From: Camelus dromedarius
Lineage: Eukaryota
NCBI RefSeq assembly: GCF_036321535.1
Contig: NC_087436.1
Coordinates: 68,264,001 to 68,328,000, forward strand
Direction: 5' to 3'
Length of the DNA: 64,000 nt
Both the position numbers and the translations under genes were made by a program. This document shows, in pieces, positions 12,361-25,739 of this stretch. How positions within the stretch are numbered: position 1 is the first letter of the stretch; each line of letters opens with the position of its first letter. The notes beneath the pieces were generated by a model. That model did no database searches. It was not told the DNA's origin and saw nothing but the letters and a program-made list of their open reading frames with translations.

Positions 12361-13979
12361 AGAAATAATAATGGCTGAAGTAGACTGCACATAACTGGCA
12401 ATGCAGATACTGTATGAGTAATGGAAGCTTTGATAAATCAGAGAAAGGGGACAATTAATACTCCACTCCGGTCAAAAGTTACCATTTGGAAATGTGAGCC
12501 CAATTGAACCAAAGATACAAACTTTTTAAGAAAAACAAAAAAATCCATAGTATTAAAAGAATTCATCTATTGTCTTTCAAGGTGGCTTAATTTTTTAAAT
12601 AAATAAATTATGCCTTGTGAGGCAAGGAAAACATGTTGAGAATAAGATTCAGCTACTTCTGAGTCAGAGTTTGTTCTTCTAGGTGTCAATCTATTCTTGG
12701 TTGGCTTGGTAGAATTATAACCCTAAAGCCAGAACCTTGCACATTTACTTGTATCCACACCAACGGAATGGGGCAAAAGGAAAAGAGGACAGGCTGGGAG
12801 CTTCAATGGTAAACTTGGAGCAAAAGCAAAATCACTGATGAGACCTCAGAAGGTAGCCGACATTAGTAGTCAAGAAGCATTGATATCTAACCTTTAAAAA
12901 TTGTACAATAAAAGAAAACAAAATATTTTCAAAAGAGAAGCATTGACATCAATGCACTTAGATAAAAAATGGACAATATCAGTCCAGCAACTGCAGCAGG
13001 ACAGGAGCATGATGAACAACTGGAGCAGCAATCTGGGGAGCTGGAAGACTCTTTATATCTATCATCAAAGGATATTACCCATGAGAAAGAAAAAACTTCA
13101 AGAGTAGTAGATCAGGCCACATGAGGATATGGCAGCATTGAATATGGCCCTGGAAATTGGTAGTAGGAATTGACAGCTAGATTGTTGCCCTCTGAATTAA
13201 AACAATCAGGCTGAGAAGATCCTAGAGCAGCTGTCACTTGGAAATTCCATTTAGCAACCTGACATGGGACCTGGTCTTTGAACCCATATAAATACCAGCC
13301 AGTCATAGCTAAGGTGCAGGGTAGTCAGAGGGTGGGAAATTGATGTGTGAAACACTCCTTGAATGGAGCTTGAATACAGACTAGCACTTGGCCAGAATTC
13401 AGTAAGTAGTATAAATTGGGGTACACACAGGAAAGAAAGGAGATCACCCTGAGCAGGAACAGAAGGATAAAAATATTTCTACTGACTCATACCTCAAGAC
13501 TTCCTGAAATGATAAAGTCCTATCATCAGCATCAAAAGAGTCTAAGCATTATGATAAAGGAAAGCAACAAATTAGCTAATCAAAATACTAGTAGAAATTA
13601 ATATAAATTAACTATTTACCACCATCTGCAACAAACTGGTGGACATTTTCAGGGGAAAAAAAAAGAAACAAGAGGCAGATACATTTTAAGTCCACAAGAT
13701 GGTCAAGAAGTAGAGTTTTTGCCTGAGAAGCAAGAGGCCCTAACCACTCTGGCTACATTATGAGACACCAGGAATCTGGGCTTAGTGAGGGGATACAGAG
13801 AGTTGAAAAACTGAAAGAACTGAAAACATCAATGGCCAACTTCACATATTGATAACATTGCCCAGGGATAGTCCAAATAACCCCTTTCAATAGTCAACTC
13901 AGTAGATCAAAAAATGCATGAATCACCAGAAGAGTTCATCATTTTAAAGAAGCTTTAGCTCTAAAAGATATACTGACCT

Positions 13980-14200
13980 AGGATGGAGACAGCCCTGGAC
14001 TGAATATTCTAGGAATTCTAGTCCTAGTGACCACTCACTAGTCATGTGACCTTGAGCAACTAGCTTAACTGCTTGATTCTCAGTACCTTTTTCTGAAAAT
14101 TGAAGATAATTACACCTGCTTGTCTTCTCGTATAGTTATTAATGAGGATTTTGTTAAATAATAAATTCAAGTATCTCAGGAAACTATGAAATCCTGTACC
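13980..14200 (+). mobile_element. MIR SINE
   Basis: ccactcactagtcatgtgaccttgagcaactagcttaac...aaaattgaagataat. Confidence 0.75.
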
Positions 14201-14899
14201 AGTATATCATTCTAACAGTTATATTCCTATAAAAATTCCATTTTTTTGATACTGCCACACATACTCCAAACATTCAAGGACTCTCCATTGTCTAGAGAAA
14301 AAAAGCATCTTCAACAGACCTAGTCACATTTTTGGTTCCCACAATTCAGTTCTGAATTCTCCAAGCTAGCAAACAAATACTGTTTTTCTGACCTACTGCT
14401 TTTACTCAGTCTGTAACTCCAGAAAAAAAATTCTTCAAGACTCAACTCAGGTTTGTCTGCCTTCTCAGATGGACCTGGTCCATAATGATCTCCTTTCATG
14501 TGAATTCCAACATCCTTTACTATTGATATCGTTAATTTAGTAATTAATAGTATTCTAGTTTTTAAATCATTTTTCTAATGCTGTTGTGCACTTTTATTTC
14601 ATTTGTAATTAAAATCTTTCCCTGTTTGTGTCCTACCTCCCCAATTAGACTACCCATAAATGGAAGACACAGAGAATATGCCTTTGATGTATTTGCATTT
14701 CCTTTATCACTGGGTGGTAGAAAGCTTTCTCAAGTGGCTGAACCTACTTCACTGCTGCTGCTGCTGTAATCACAACAGTGTTGCAATTCTGCCCTGCATT
14801 GTAAGGACTCCCGGCTTCACAGTCACCACCCACTGCAACTGAGCTTGGCCTCCCAAGTGCAAAAAATCAGTCACAGTAACATTCTCACTTGGGTTTATT

Positions 14900-15050
14900 C
14901 TAGGACTCATCTGACTCATCATGACCCGGCCTGTGTCATAGCCCTCCTCACACAGTAAGGACTAAAGGGTTACACGTGATCACTGAGCTTGCTCCAATCA
15001 CTAATGCCCCTCCTTCCCCTCCAGGGAGGTGTTCTCAAGCAGGAAGTATG
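14900..15050. promoter_or_regulatory. putative enhancer motif cluster
   Basis: TGACTCA (14912), CACGTG (14973), CCAAT (14994) and CAGGAAGT (15040) in unique sequence. Confidence 0.35.
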
Positions 15051-15262
15051 GCCTGAGCAACAAATATTGCCATAAAATTCAACTTTTCTTTCCACCTCTT
15101 CCAATATTTGATTGACCCAGATGGTTGTCAAGAAGCAATCACTTATTGTTCTCTTTTTAGACCAGAGACAAGTGCGTAGCTAAGGTTTTTAATGAGACTA
15201 AGTAGGTAAAGGCTAAAGCCCATGTGCTCTGGACACTTACTTCCTTGTTTCCCATCTTTTTA

Positions 15263-15712
15263 GCCCTGTGATGTCTGATACCAATACCCACTAGCCACAT
15301 GTGGCCATTTAGCAGTTGAAATGTGGTTAGTGTTACTAAAAAACTGAACTTTTAATTTTATTTAATTTCAATTCATTTAAAATTATAAAGTGAAGCAGGG
15401 TAAATCCTTACACAAGACTTTATTGGTTTGCCAGGACTACATTTTACATTATCCGTTGAAAATGTAGCATTCAAGTCAAAGTGTGCTGTAAGTAAACAAC
15501 ACACACTGAATTAAAGACAGTAATGAGGTAAAAAATGTAAAATAGCTCTTTGATAATTTCCATATTGATTATATGTTGAAATGATATTTGGACATAGTGG
15601 AGTACATAAAGTATATTATTGAAATTAATTTAATCTCATATTCTGTAAATTAGCTACTGGAAAATTTTAAATTAGATATGTGGCTTGCATTATACTCCTC
15701 TTGGATAGAGTT
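15263..15712. mobile_element. hAT-Charlie non-autonomous DNA transposon (MER3/MER33-like)
   Basis: cactagccacatgtggc...gaaatgtgg...ctgaacttttaatttt at the left; reverse MER33-like body ending atatgtggcttgcattata...ttggatag. Confidence 0.8.
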
Positions 15713-15764
15713 CTTTTAGCACATCACCTAGTATTTTGTAAAGCATTAAATAATAGCTAAGAAT

Positions 15765-15925
15765 ATTATATACACTATTTCATTTCAAGCTCACCAGGTG
15801 CATGAGGTACTATCCATTTTATAGATGATGAAGTTAAGGTATAGCAAGATTAAATGACTTGTCCGGTATCCACAGTTTATAAATGGTAGAGCTGGGATTT
15901 ATCCTTAGATCTGACTCTCACCCAA
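15765..15925 (-). mobile_element. MIR SINE
   Basis: ccattttatagatgatgaagttaagg...ttaaatgacttgtcc...ggtagagctgggattt. Confidence 0.8.
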
Positions 15926-18539
15926 GCCCACACTGAATGATTGATTGATTGGGATACTTACCTCCCTTGAATTATAGAAGTATTGAACAAATATGCTCAG
16001 AAACTTTTTTGAATATGGCCTAAATCACTCAGCCAATTACAAACATTGGGAAAACTCAGGCAGAAGCTGGGCACAATTCAGTCTCAGTAGTTTCCAAAAC
16101 AGAATCCAAATTGGACCAGCCAAGAGTATGATAATGGCAAAACAGTGAGAAACAACTGACAGGGTCACAGCAACCAAAATTCAAATTAGGCATAAGTTTA
16201 AATATTTCCCAAAGCACTGTGTCACAAACATGTACCAAAACAATGAGTAAAAGTGATGCATTTCTCACAGTTTTCTCATCTCATTCCTGAAGGAATTTTT
16301 CCAAGCAATTCAAACTCTTGGCCAGTTGGCCCTCATCAGGATAACAGGGAGAATAGGGGGATAGTTTTTGAAGGTGAAGAATTGCTCCACAGGAGGCTAA
16401 TTATTGGAAACTTGAATTTAAACTCACTGCACATTAATTTCTGCATTTTACCAAGCTCTCAAACTTTCTTTAGAAAATAATAGTGACAGTGAAATCCAAC
16501 CAGATTGCGTGATGCTGCTTCAGGGCACATTAGCATCTAGAAATGGAGTATGATTCTCTCATTCATTTTGTAAATCTAAAATTTTTTTTCTACGACTATG
16601 AAAAGGTGAGAATTTAAGACCAACAAATGAGACTGGCTGTAGAGTTCAGCATGTCATTGGAGGTGCTGATTTGCCTGGTTTATTTCCTGAGTAAATAATA
16701 TAGTAATGTCTGAAACTCTGTATCTGAACTCTGTGAATTATTGGTCAGCACTAAGAAGCTGAAAGAAATTCCTCTGAACTTAACTGTTTTCTCAACTACA
16801 AATACACATGCACACACACACACATTTGTGTGTATACCATTACATATATATATGTACCTTTGCTTGAATATGGTACACTTTTCGTTAGGATAAAAATTTT
16901 TCCATGGAATGTATCAGATGTACAATTTGAAATGAAGTTACCTGTCACTTTATATAATGACACTAGGTAAGACTGGATTCTTTTTGTCAGTGCTAGCTCT
17001 ATCTGAATTGTAAAACGGAAGAAAGGAGCAACTCCCAACTCTTTAGAGTACATTGGAATCCATTTTCCTCCTGAAATCTGGAGTGTAGACCACCTGTCTG
17101 GTCTGTGCCCCTTTCCAAAATGGCCCTGTGCTTAACTAGTCAATTATAGTATAAATCAAACAGATTTTTAAGATGTGTAGCTTCACAAGAGTTATTTACA
17201 AGAAGCTCTTGAAGCCTGAAAAGGTTCATGGTACTTGGGAATGAATATGTGACAGTATAAATTTCACAGACAGGTACTGGGGAGAGAATCAGGAAACAGA
17301 CCAACTTCCTGAAATGTTGCCTTATTGCATGGTACCTACTCACAATACCAGTCTTGCTCTTGTGGTACCACTTAGTTGGAAATTTACATGTAAGTTTTAC
17401 CCTCTAACCAATTTTCCCTCTCATTTTTCCTTCTTTTCTTCCTTCCACAAATATTTATGGAGAATGCCAAATATTTATTACCTATGCCAGGCCACGTCAA
17501 TATACACCTTTTAGATGTGGATTTAGGTGGTGTGTATCAACATAAAGAATAGATGGAGTTGGCAAACTTTAAGCCCTTTGGAAAGAATGGAAGAGACAGA
17601 AAAATAGTTGCCCAAAGCTCTCCGTTCTGAGAGTTTCCCAAATATCACTGACCTAAAGCTGGAATCTTTCAGCTCTCTTTGAAGCCACTGCTGCTTGTTT
17701 TGCTCCTGCAGCTTTCTCCAGCTGCTGTCACATCTGTCTGAGATCACAGTAAGCCTGGCTGCTTTAGTACCTTGGTATCTGTTATGTTAACTCCTGCCAG
17801 AACCTGGCACCTCCACTCTTCTATCAGCCCTGATCATCATCATTACCATCCAGGCTGACCTCAGTCCCAGCCAGCGGCTCTCATGTGGACTCCCTGTCAG
17901 AGGCACACCTCAGGCAGCCGACAGTCACAAACCATTCCCCACCGCTTGTGGAAAGAGGTGATGAGCTGCTAAGCTCAGTCATATTTTATCAAAGCCTTTG
18001 ATCTCTGGTTTGATCCTTGCCAAGATCTGTGACACAAACAGCTCTCTGCTCACATGCCAACTGGTGCTTACTAACTCAGTTCCCCCTTTGCCTTTGACAT
18101 CTTGCCGCCTATATATTAATGCCGTCTGACAAAATCAAAGGTCAGAGTAAAAATAGTCACTTTGTAATAGAGAACACTTTTTCATTCACTCTATTGGCTC
18201 ATTCCAGAGCCCCATACTTTGGTACATCTCTCCTTTGTTCCTGCCTGAAGGGCATCATTAGATGATTTTCTGTCAGTGCCTTTTTAGCTCGGAATAGGTA
18301 AGTTTCAGAGGACTACAAGGTAAAATAATTCTATATGTGTTGTACATTAACTTTATTAAATAAACATCTAATATGTTAAAGATATCATGAGTGATTGAAA
18401 TATACTTCAGCACAAAATAACCAAAAAAAATATAGTCTTGTTTTTCTTGTATTTTGAATGGCCCTTAAAAACAATGGGTCTGCTTAAAAGAAAATTTGAA
18501 ACAATAGTGAAGAAGAGAATTCTGGAAACCTAAGAAAAG

Positions 18540-19000
18540 GGAAAGAAGTCAGACATGTGGGATGGGATGAGAAAAATGAAATCATTCAGAGCTTAAGCAC
18601 CTGACATGGGTAAGGGCTGTGAACCTGACTCTTTAGGGAATAGGAAACCCATGTAAGATTTAAGAATAAGAATGGAAATGCCAGAACCATAGAAAGGGTC
18701 ATTTGCACAGAGGCAGTAGGCAGAAATGGAACAGATGGACTGCTGACAGGCAAAGTGTTTCAGTGACGAGAATCATTCAGGTAAAGACTACAGCAGCGGT
18801 GGAGGAAGAGGAAAAAAGCTGCAAATATAAAGTAAAGCAGCAAGATTTGGCAATCGATTCAACAAGTAAAGGGCAGAGGTATGTAGAGCTCTCCCTGAGG
18901 TTTGGGGTTTGGATGTCAGAAAGAAAGACTGAAACATGAAGCTGCTGCCTCCTGTGAAGTACCATTCAGGAGATAATTACAGTGGGGAGGGCATGTACAA
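18540..19000 (-). mobile_element. degenerate L2 fragment
   Basis: Purine-rich L2-like antisense pattern; highly diverged. Confidence 0.45.
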
Positions 19001-19449
19001 GAAGAAAAATAGTAACATCTTACCCTGGTTCCAAACATCAGCCAGCTTGACCATCACCAGGACTTAATAGGCACATCAAAAATAGAGTGGAAAGGCATTG
19101 TAAATTCAAGAAATCTACAGTTTCAAATACACGAGAAAAACAGGACCAAACCATGATCAAAACTAATCAAACAGGCATATCAGGCAATGGCACCAGGCAG
19201 GAGATTAAGTCACAGACTTAGCCAGTATTTCACCCAGCTTTTCACTTTTTATTTTGCAGTAATGTATGAACCATAAACAGAATTAGGAAGGCATGCAGCA
19301 CAGCATTATATAAACAGGATTTGCCTAAGAGCTGGGTAACCTGGGATTTAGTGTCACTTGTGGAACTCCTGGCTTCTTAGACATCACCTCACATGGGCTT
19401 TTTTTTTTTTTTTTCTTCCAAAAGACTTCTCTGCCTTTATTCCTAGCTA

Positions 19450-20975
19450 TTCCCTTTGCTCAAATTCTTCAGAGCCTCAGGATTTAGCCCTCAGACCTCT
19501 ACTCTCTGCTCTCCCTCCTTAAGAGATCTTATCTTGTCCCATGCCTTCAAATACCATTAGCAATAATTCCCAATTTCTGTCTCTAGCACTGACCTCCTTA
19601 TTCCAGTTCAGACTCATAATCCAATAGTATGCTAGGCCACTAGACATCTCTCTGAAGATAGCCAACAGGCATCTCATAGTTCATGTGTCCAAAACAGAAT
19701 TCTTGATTTCTCCTGCAATCCATCTCTTCTTTCCCCAGTGTATCCATCTCAATTTACCAGCATCACCATCAACCTAAATAATCAATCAAAAAACTCAGGC
19801 AACCTTGATTGCTCTCTTTACTTCACCCTTGATATTCAAAATATGCCCTATAACCATCCTCTTCTCTCAAACCCACATCTACCACCACAGCCCACAATGT
19901 CATTACCTTTCATGTGACTTAAATAGCCTACCACACAATCCTCCTCTTGCCATAATGATCTTTCAAAGATATACATCAGATCTTATCATTCTCAAGCTAT
20001 GTGTGTGCACATATACATGTTATATATAATAGGCAATAAATGTAAGTATAAATTTAAATATATGTCCACAGAACTTGGAATAAAAAATGAACTCCTCACC
20101 AGGACCTGAAAGCCCTCTGTGATCTGGCCCCTCCCACCTCTTCAGCTTTGCCTGGTTACTTGCTGCACTCCAGAGAATGCTGGAGGAGGTCACCAAGAGG
20201 ACGTGACCACTGGTTGACCCTCAAGATGGACCAGGGCAATCAGAGGTTCCATGCCCCTCTCCTGTCCTTGGAACATACTTCTGCCCACCATTCCCACAGT
20301 GGGAGCTGTTCCAAGAATGCAGTCTTGAGAGAGCAAGATGTTGTTGAAACCATCTGGATGGGCATACGTAACTAAGGCCAGTTAAGGTCTCTACATAGAC
20401 TTTCCTCCCCTTTTCTTTCTTTTTTATTTATTTATTCTTTATTCATGCAGCCGCCCACAACACGACTTGTATGTAAGTTCCCTCGTTCATTAAACCTACC
20501 ACCTACCAGTCTAGAGACTTCTGCCTCTTTGGTCTCTCCTTGCCCTCCACATACAGGGTCCAGTCTGCAAACCAAGAGACACAGGCCTTCTTGCTGTGTT
20601 TCTTGCATGCCAAACCTGACTTTACACTTGTTCCTCTATTTAAAATGTCTTGCTTCATGTCTTTGTAAGCCTGGCTTCTCCTTTTCATTCAGGTCACAGT
20701 TGAGTGTCACCTTCTCAAGGAGACTTCCTTAAACATCAGCTCTAAAGTGGCCAGTTCTCAGCCAGTCATGCTATCCCATCCCACATTTCCTCATCTTCTT
20801 GGCTCTTATCACTACCTGAAAGTATCTTGTTTTCTTAGTCATTTATTCTCTTTCTCTCTGTTCTTGAATGTGCACTCTCTGGAAGAAAGGTTCTTGTGTT
20901 TTATATGTCCACCACTCTACCCTCAGCAACTAGGAAAAAATGTTCGGCCCGTGGGAAATGCCTAAGAAACATCTG
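19450..20975 (+). mobile_element. L2 LINE 3' region, interrupted by an LTR
   Basis: cccatgccttcaaatacca, catgtgtccaaaacagaattcttgat, aggtcacagttgagtgtcaccttctca. Confidence 0.8.
20175..20578 (+). mobile_element. unclassified LTR-like insertion within L2
   Basis: The L2 motif ctccag...acacaggccttcttgctg is split by ~400 bp of GC-richer sequence containing an ATTAAA signal near its 3' end. Confidence 0.55.
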
Positions 20976-21832
20976 TTAATCAGTCTAGGCTTCAGTTTTC
21001 TCATTTGTTTAAAAAAAAAAGACTTTATTAAATGACCCTCAAATTTCATTCAAGCTCTACCATTTATTTTAAATAAAATTGGGAAAAGTTTAACCAATGG
21101 ACACCATAGTTAACACAATGTAGCCATTTAATAAGTGTTTGCTAAATAAATACAATTGTTTCCAAGCTGTTCTTTTTAAAAGCAAAGATGTAGTCACCAG
21201 CACCTCTGACATCCTGCTGTTCCTCTGTGTGCAAAAGGGAGGTTTGATTTGCCTCCCATTAATCTAATCTCTTCTAATTCTCCAAAGTAAATACCACCTC
21301 GGGCAAAACCTCACAAACCCCAGACAATGACAGCTGACATCCAGCTGGCAGGCACCAGCAGTGCTATATTCCTTGGTTATAGGCAGCATCTTTTTTGATT
21401 GGTTGACCTCCATATGTATGGTTGTTAAATATTTTGACTTTCCTACATCTAATTGTTCTCCAATCCAAGGTTTTACTTAAGCATGTTAATTTCCATTACT
21501 CTTTTTTTTTTTTTTCAAGTATGGCTCCTTTATTTGTAGAAAAGATTGTGGAAAACAAGATACATTTTATAAAAATTACATTCACTCCCAAAATGAAACT
21601 CATCCCTGGTGGTAAATAAGTAACTAAAGTAACAACCAGTTTAACTGGGATGGTTTGTCAGGATGGTCAAGGGAGACATTACTTGGTACAGCCCCTGTTT
21701 GGACCAAAATAATAGTTACTGACTTCAGAAACTTATGGAACGAACCCTACAAATGGTTTTCAGATACAACTTCAATTTTTGGAAGTATTTGAATGGGATT
21801 TTTGGGGATTAAATGAATGAATTTTTTTCATG

Positions 21833-22028
21833 TTTTTTTAATTGAAGTATAATTGATTTACAATGTTTCAGGTGTACAGCAAAGTGATTCAGTTATACAT
21901 ATACATATGTATCTATTATTTTTCAGATGCTTTTCTATTTATTATAGGTTATTAGATTCACACTACTGTATATGAAACAGATAAACAAGGACCTACTGTA
22001 TAGTACAGGGAACTATACCCACTACTTT
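21833..22028 (-). mobile_element. short L1 with 5' inversion (twin priming)
   Basis: PolyT plus antisense 3' end (21833-21953) joined to the immediately upstream L1 segment in the opposite orientation (21954-22028). Confidence 0.85.
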
Positions 22029-23579
22029 TAAATAAGAGTCTAAATGAAGGCCTTTCAGTTAATACTATATTAGGCAACAATGGACACTAAGCCAATTTAC
22101 TACTCTAAACCAAGTACCAGAAAGAGTGCATGCAGAGTATTGGTCATATTTGTGTATAGCGTACGTGTGACAAAATAATCAGTACTTGGTCTCTCCTAAA
22201 AGCTGTTGTTTGATTCTTCATTGATTGAAGTTTGTGGGTTTTCTTTTTCTTTTTGTTTTGTACTTTTCTGAATTGGATTTTGATGAGCCTGTTCTGCCTC
22301 GTGGAAATAATTTCCCCAGTTATTACACATTTGGTGGTATAACGTGTGTTTGTAGGAACCACAGCTGAGATGCATTTGAAAAAGTGATTTAAAGATGTGA
22401 TTGCTGCCATTTGCTTATGAGTTTACTGAGGAAAGCCTGGAATCATGTGGATTTCTGCCATATCAAGAATTACTTTGTCTTTAAAAAATTCAACTGATGT
22501 AGCTGCATAATGGACCATTTCTTGTGATCGTTTCTCAGTCTCCTCGAAAGATATGGGAAATAAATAAAATCTAATTAGAACCAAAGATGGAACAATTCTT
22601 AGGCCAAGCCTCTCAGTACAGCAATAAGTCAGCTTTATAATTATTCTGAAGTGTCAGAACAATTTGTATTCACGCCATTATAATAACTTAACCATTAATT
22701 AGTGTTCATTGGCCACTTTCCACCTCTCTAAAATCTCATCATAAGTAAAGATTCTGGTTTATAATAAAATTTCTACTTAAATATCTCAATTCATTAAAAT
22801 AAAACAGAAAATGGATATTTAATAAAATAATAAAAGCTGTTCAGTATTTTTAATGAAGCTAATGTTTTAAGTTCTCAATATTCTCTTTTTATTTAAGCCC
22901 AGAAAAATATTAAATATACCATCAAAATCACTCACAAATCCTTGTTTCCTTTTGATGTTATTTCCTGGTGAACAACACAAGTGTAAGGTATCACCTGCCA
23001 CTATAATTATCTGTCAGTATTTTGTCATACACAGTAGATTGTGAGTTTTTCAGGAAGATGGCTTGTGCTCTGGATCCCCTGTGATGCACAGTAACTTGCA
23101 CATGATAGGCACTCAGTTTGAATGGAAGCATGCATTTCACAATACACTTCTTTTGCTTGGGCAAGCAAACATCAATGAGGCTGCTTGAATTCTTTTTTTC
23201 CCCCAGCCAATGACATTCGAGAGACATTGGCCAAACAAACCCACTTCTCTAGTGGTACTCCTATTCATGTTCCTGGAGTTGTCGCTGTTACAGGCAGCAA
23301 CAACTTTAGAAATGTCAAAAAGAAATTACAGCACAGCTGAACACTGAGATACAGTTTAGTTCCATCAGTTCAAAGCTTGGTTTGAAAAACTTCCTCTAGT
23401 TTAAAAAAGTGACCTATCAGGAAGCCCCAGATTGACCAATTTTCCCAGTATCTTTTGTAGTTTAAGTTTGCATCAAAATAGTCTTCTCACAACATCTTAA
23501 GACAAGTGTCAACTCCCTGGCCCCATACAGACCCAATGGGTTCCTCTATCGTGAAATATCAGCAGAAGCTATCTAAAGT

Positions 23580-23810
23580 GCTCATTTTGTAATATTAAGT
23601 GAATAAAACAATATACATTCTAAATAAAATAGTTAATACGAATGGAGTTTATAAAACAAAACATTTGTGCATTTATATACGTAGAAGGCAAGACTGGAGA
23701 GACATACTCCTATATATTAATAATTATTATCTCTAGGTGGAAAACATCAGTAATTTTATTTTTGGCTTTTTTTTTTCTGTTTTCCAAAAGTATATCTGTA
23801 AGTTTCGTAG
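23580..23810 (+). mobile_element. old L1M (L1ME-like) 3' UTR fragment
   Basis: agactggagagacatac...ttattatctctaggtgg...aattttattttt. Confidence 0.45.
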
Positions 23811-25739
23811 ATTTGTAGATTATTTATAAATAAACACATATGCCTGTAAGAATTTGAATGCACTCACAAATCATCTATCATATGATGTACAGATTTTTTT
23901 AGATATGTATATATGTGTGTATTTGCATAGTATATGTATAATAAATTTGAAGAAAGTTATCCAAAAAATGTTAAACAGTGTTCTAGACTCTTTTCCAAGT
24001 ACTTTAACATAAATCTTAGTCCATATGACATATATATATCTATCCAGTCTACATCATAACTTTACTAGTTACACTATTTTTTAACCTTTTCACAGATGAG
24101 AAAAGTGATGGCCTTGTCCAGGTTCATACCATATGGTAATGACAAAATCCACTGGGACCCTCTCAAAATTCTCCCCTGCCCTCTTTCTGTTACCTCATGT
24201 CCCTTACGCTGTTGGATGCCCAAAAATGGGATGAAATGAAGACCCAGAGTTAGTGTCCAAAAGTTTTACCTGGCACTTTGCCTACTGCTTATTTTAACAT
24301 TTTCTTGGTGTCTCCTTTAGAGGCTCCGTCAAGAATTGTGACCTTTCTGATTTACTACCTACTACTTCACTCCTCCCTGAAAATTAAAACTACAGCATCA
24401 TGTCTATGGCCAGCTAGTTATAGGGTATAAATTTATTTAGTGAAAATAAGTTTAAGTAAAAGTAACTTATAAAATCTTTAATTCAGTTAAATTACTAACT
24501 TAAATTCCTAACTTAAATTCCTTATAAGTTAACAAAATAACACTCACACTTAGCCAGTTCTACTTTTAGTTGCCCCTTTCTTCTACTTCCATCTCTAAAA
24601 AATCTTTTATTAATCATTTATTTAGTCTCTGTGAAATTAAAATACTTTCCATCTGAGCCACAAGTTTATCCCTATTTTGACAGCAAGACTCTACTCTTCA
24701 CAACCTCTCAAATCCTAGCTCATTATTTCTCTGAATGTTTCCCAATGAATGTCTTGGTTTTGAATCTCTCTTTGCCATTCTAACAAAGAGAAACATTCAG
24801 GAGAGATTGTGTTCTTTTTCATGCTTTCCCTGTTAAGTATTATAGGTTAGCCTTCTTTTACTAGGAACTTTCCAGTTCTTCTAAGTATTTCTAGCACTAT
24901 TTCTCTAAATCAGCTTTTTTATTTTTATCATTAACTTCCTTCTTCTTCCACATGCATAGTCTAAAATTTCTAATCTCTAGGATGATTCTACCCTTTACCA
25001 TTTCTCTGCCAACCAGCACACCCCGACCCACAATCCTACAGCAGTTTACTTGTACCAGTTACAACAGGCTACTGCTCTGATTCTCATGGGAGGGGCTGGC
25101 ACTCAGAATGACTTGAGGACAATTCCAAACCTTCAGAACCATCCATCCAGCATCATTTCTCAAATACCATCTAATATTAACTTCAGTCCATAAAAAAGTG
25201 AAAAAAAATTCTATAAACATAATAAGGGATAAAAATGCACTATTTTAAGGAAATTAGGAATTATCAGCAGATTTGTACTCTTTCTTCATGTTTCTTATAT
25301 CCATGCAAATTTAAATTGCCCTGCTTTCTCTTTAGATTTCCAAGAGTAGTGAATCAGATTCACCAACTAATTTAGGCCAAACTAGCTTAGAAATGCTTTT
25401 TTTTTAATTGTAGAAAATCAAGAACAATACATAACTACTTTCACTTCACAAATGTTAAAGAGAAATGTGAAATCAAACAAAAAAACACACAATAATATAG
25501 AGAATATTAATAGGACTTACAATCAAAAAAGGTGAGGGAATTTCCAAAGGCTTTTAACTAACCTAGAGTAGGAAATTCCACTTAAAGTACATCTTCAATG
25601 CAAAATGTGAAGAAAAGATGTTTTTATAGCAATTCTCCATAAATTTAGAACACAAATATATATCTATGTCTCTACAAATACAGTGGATTAAAAATTAAAT
25701 AGCTCATGGAACTATCATTTTAGAAAGGATTTAAAATTT

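Noticed and set aside
11195..12454. Hydrophobic minus-strand ORFs resembling membrane proteins
   Set aside because: They are antisense translations of A-rich L1 sequence.
22279..22370. C/D box snoRNA-like spacing (tTGATGA ... CTGA)
   Set aside because: The C box lacks the 5' purine, there is no terminal stem and I recognise no rRNA guide; an Rfam or snoscan search would be needed.
24495..24520. Short direct repeats (also at 1446, 55928 and ~59445) as a CRISPR-like or structured array
   Set aside because: They are isolated two-copy slippage duplications with no spacers and no shared unit.
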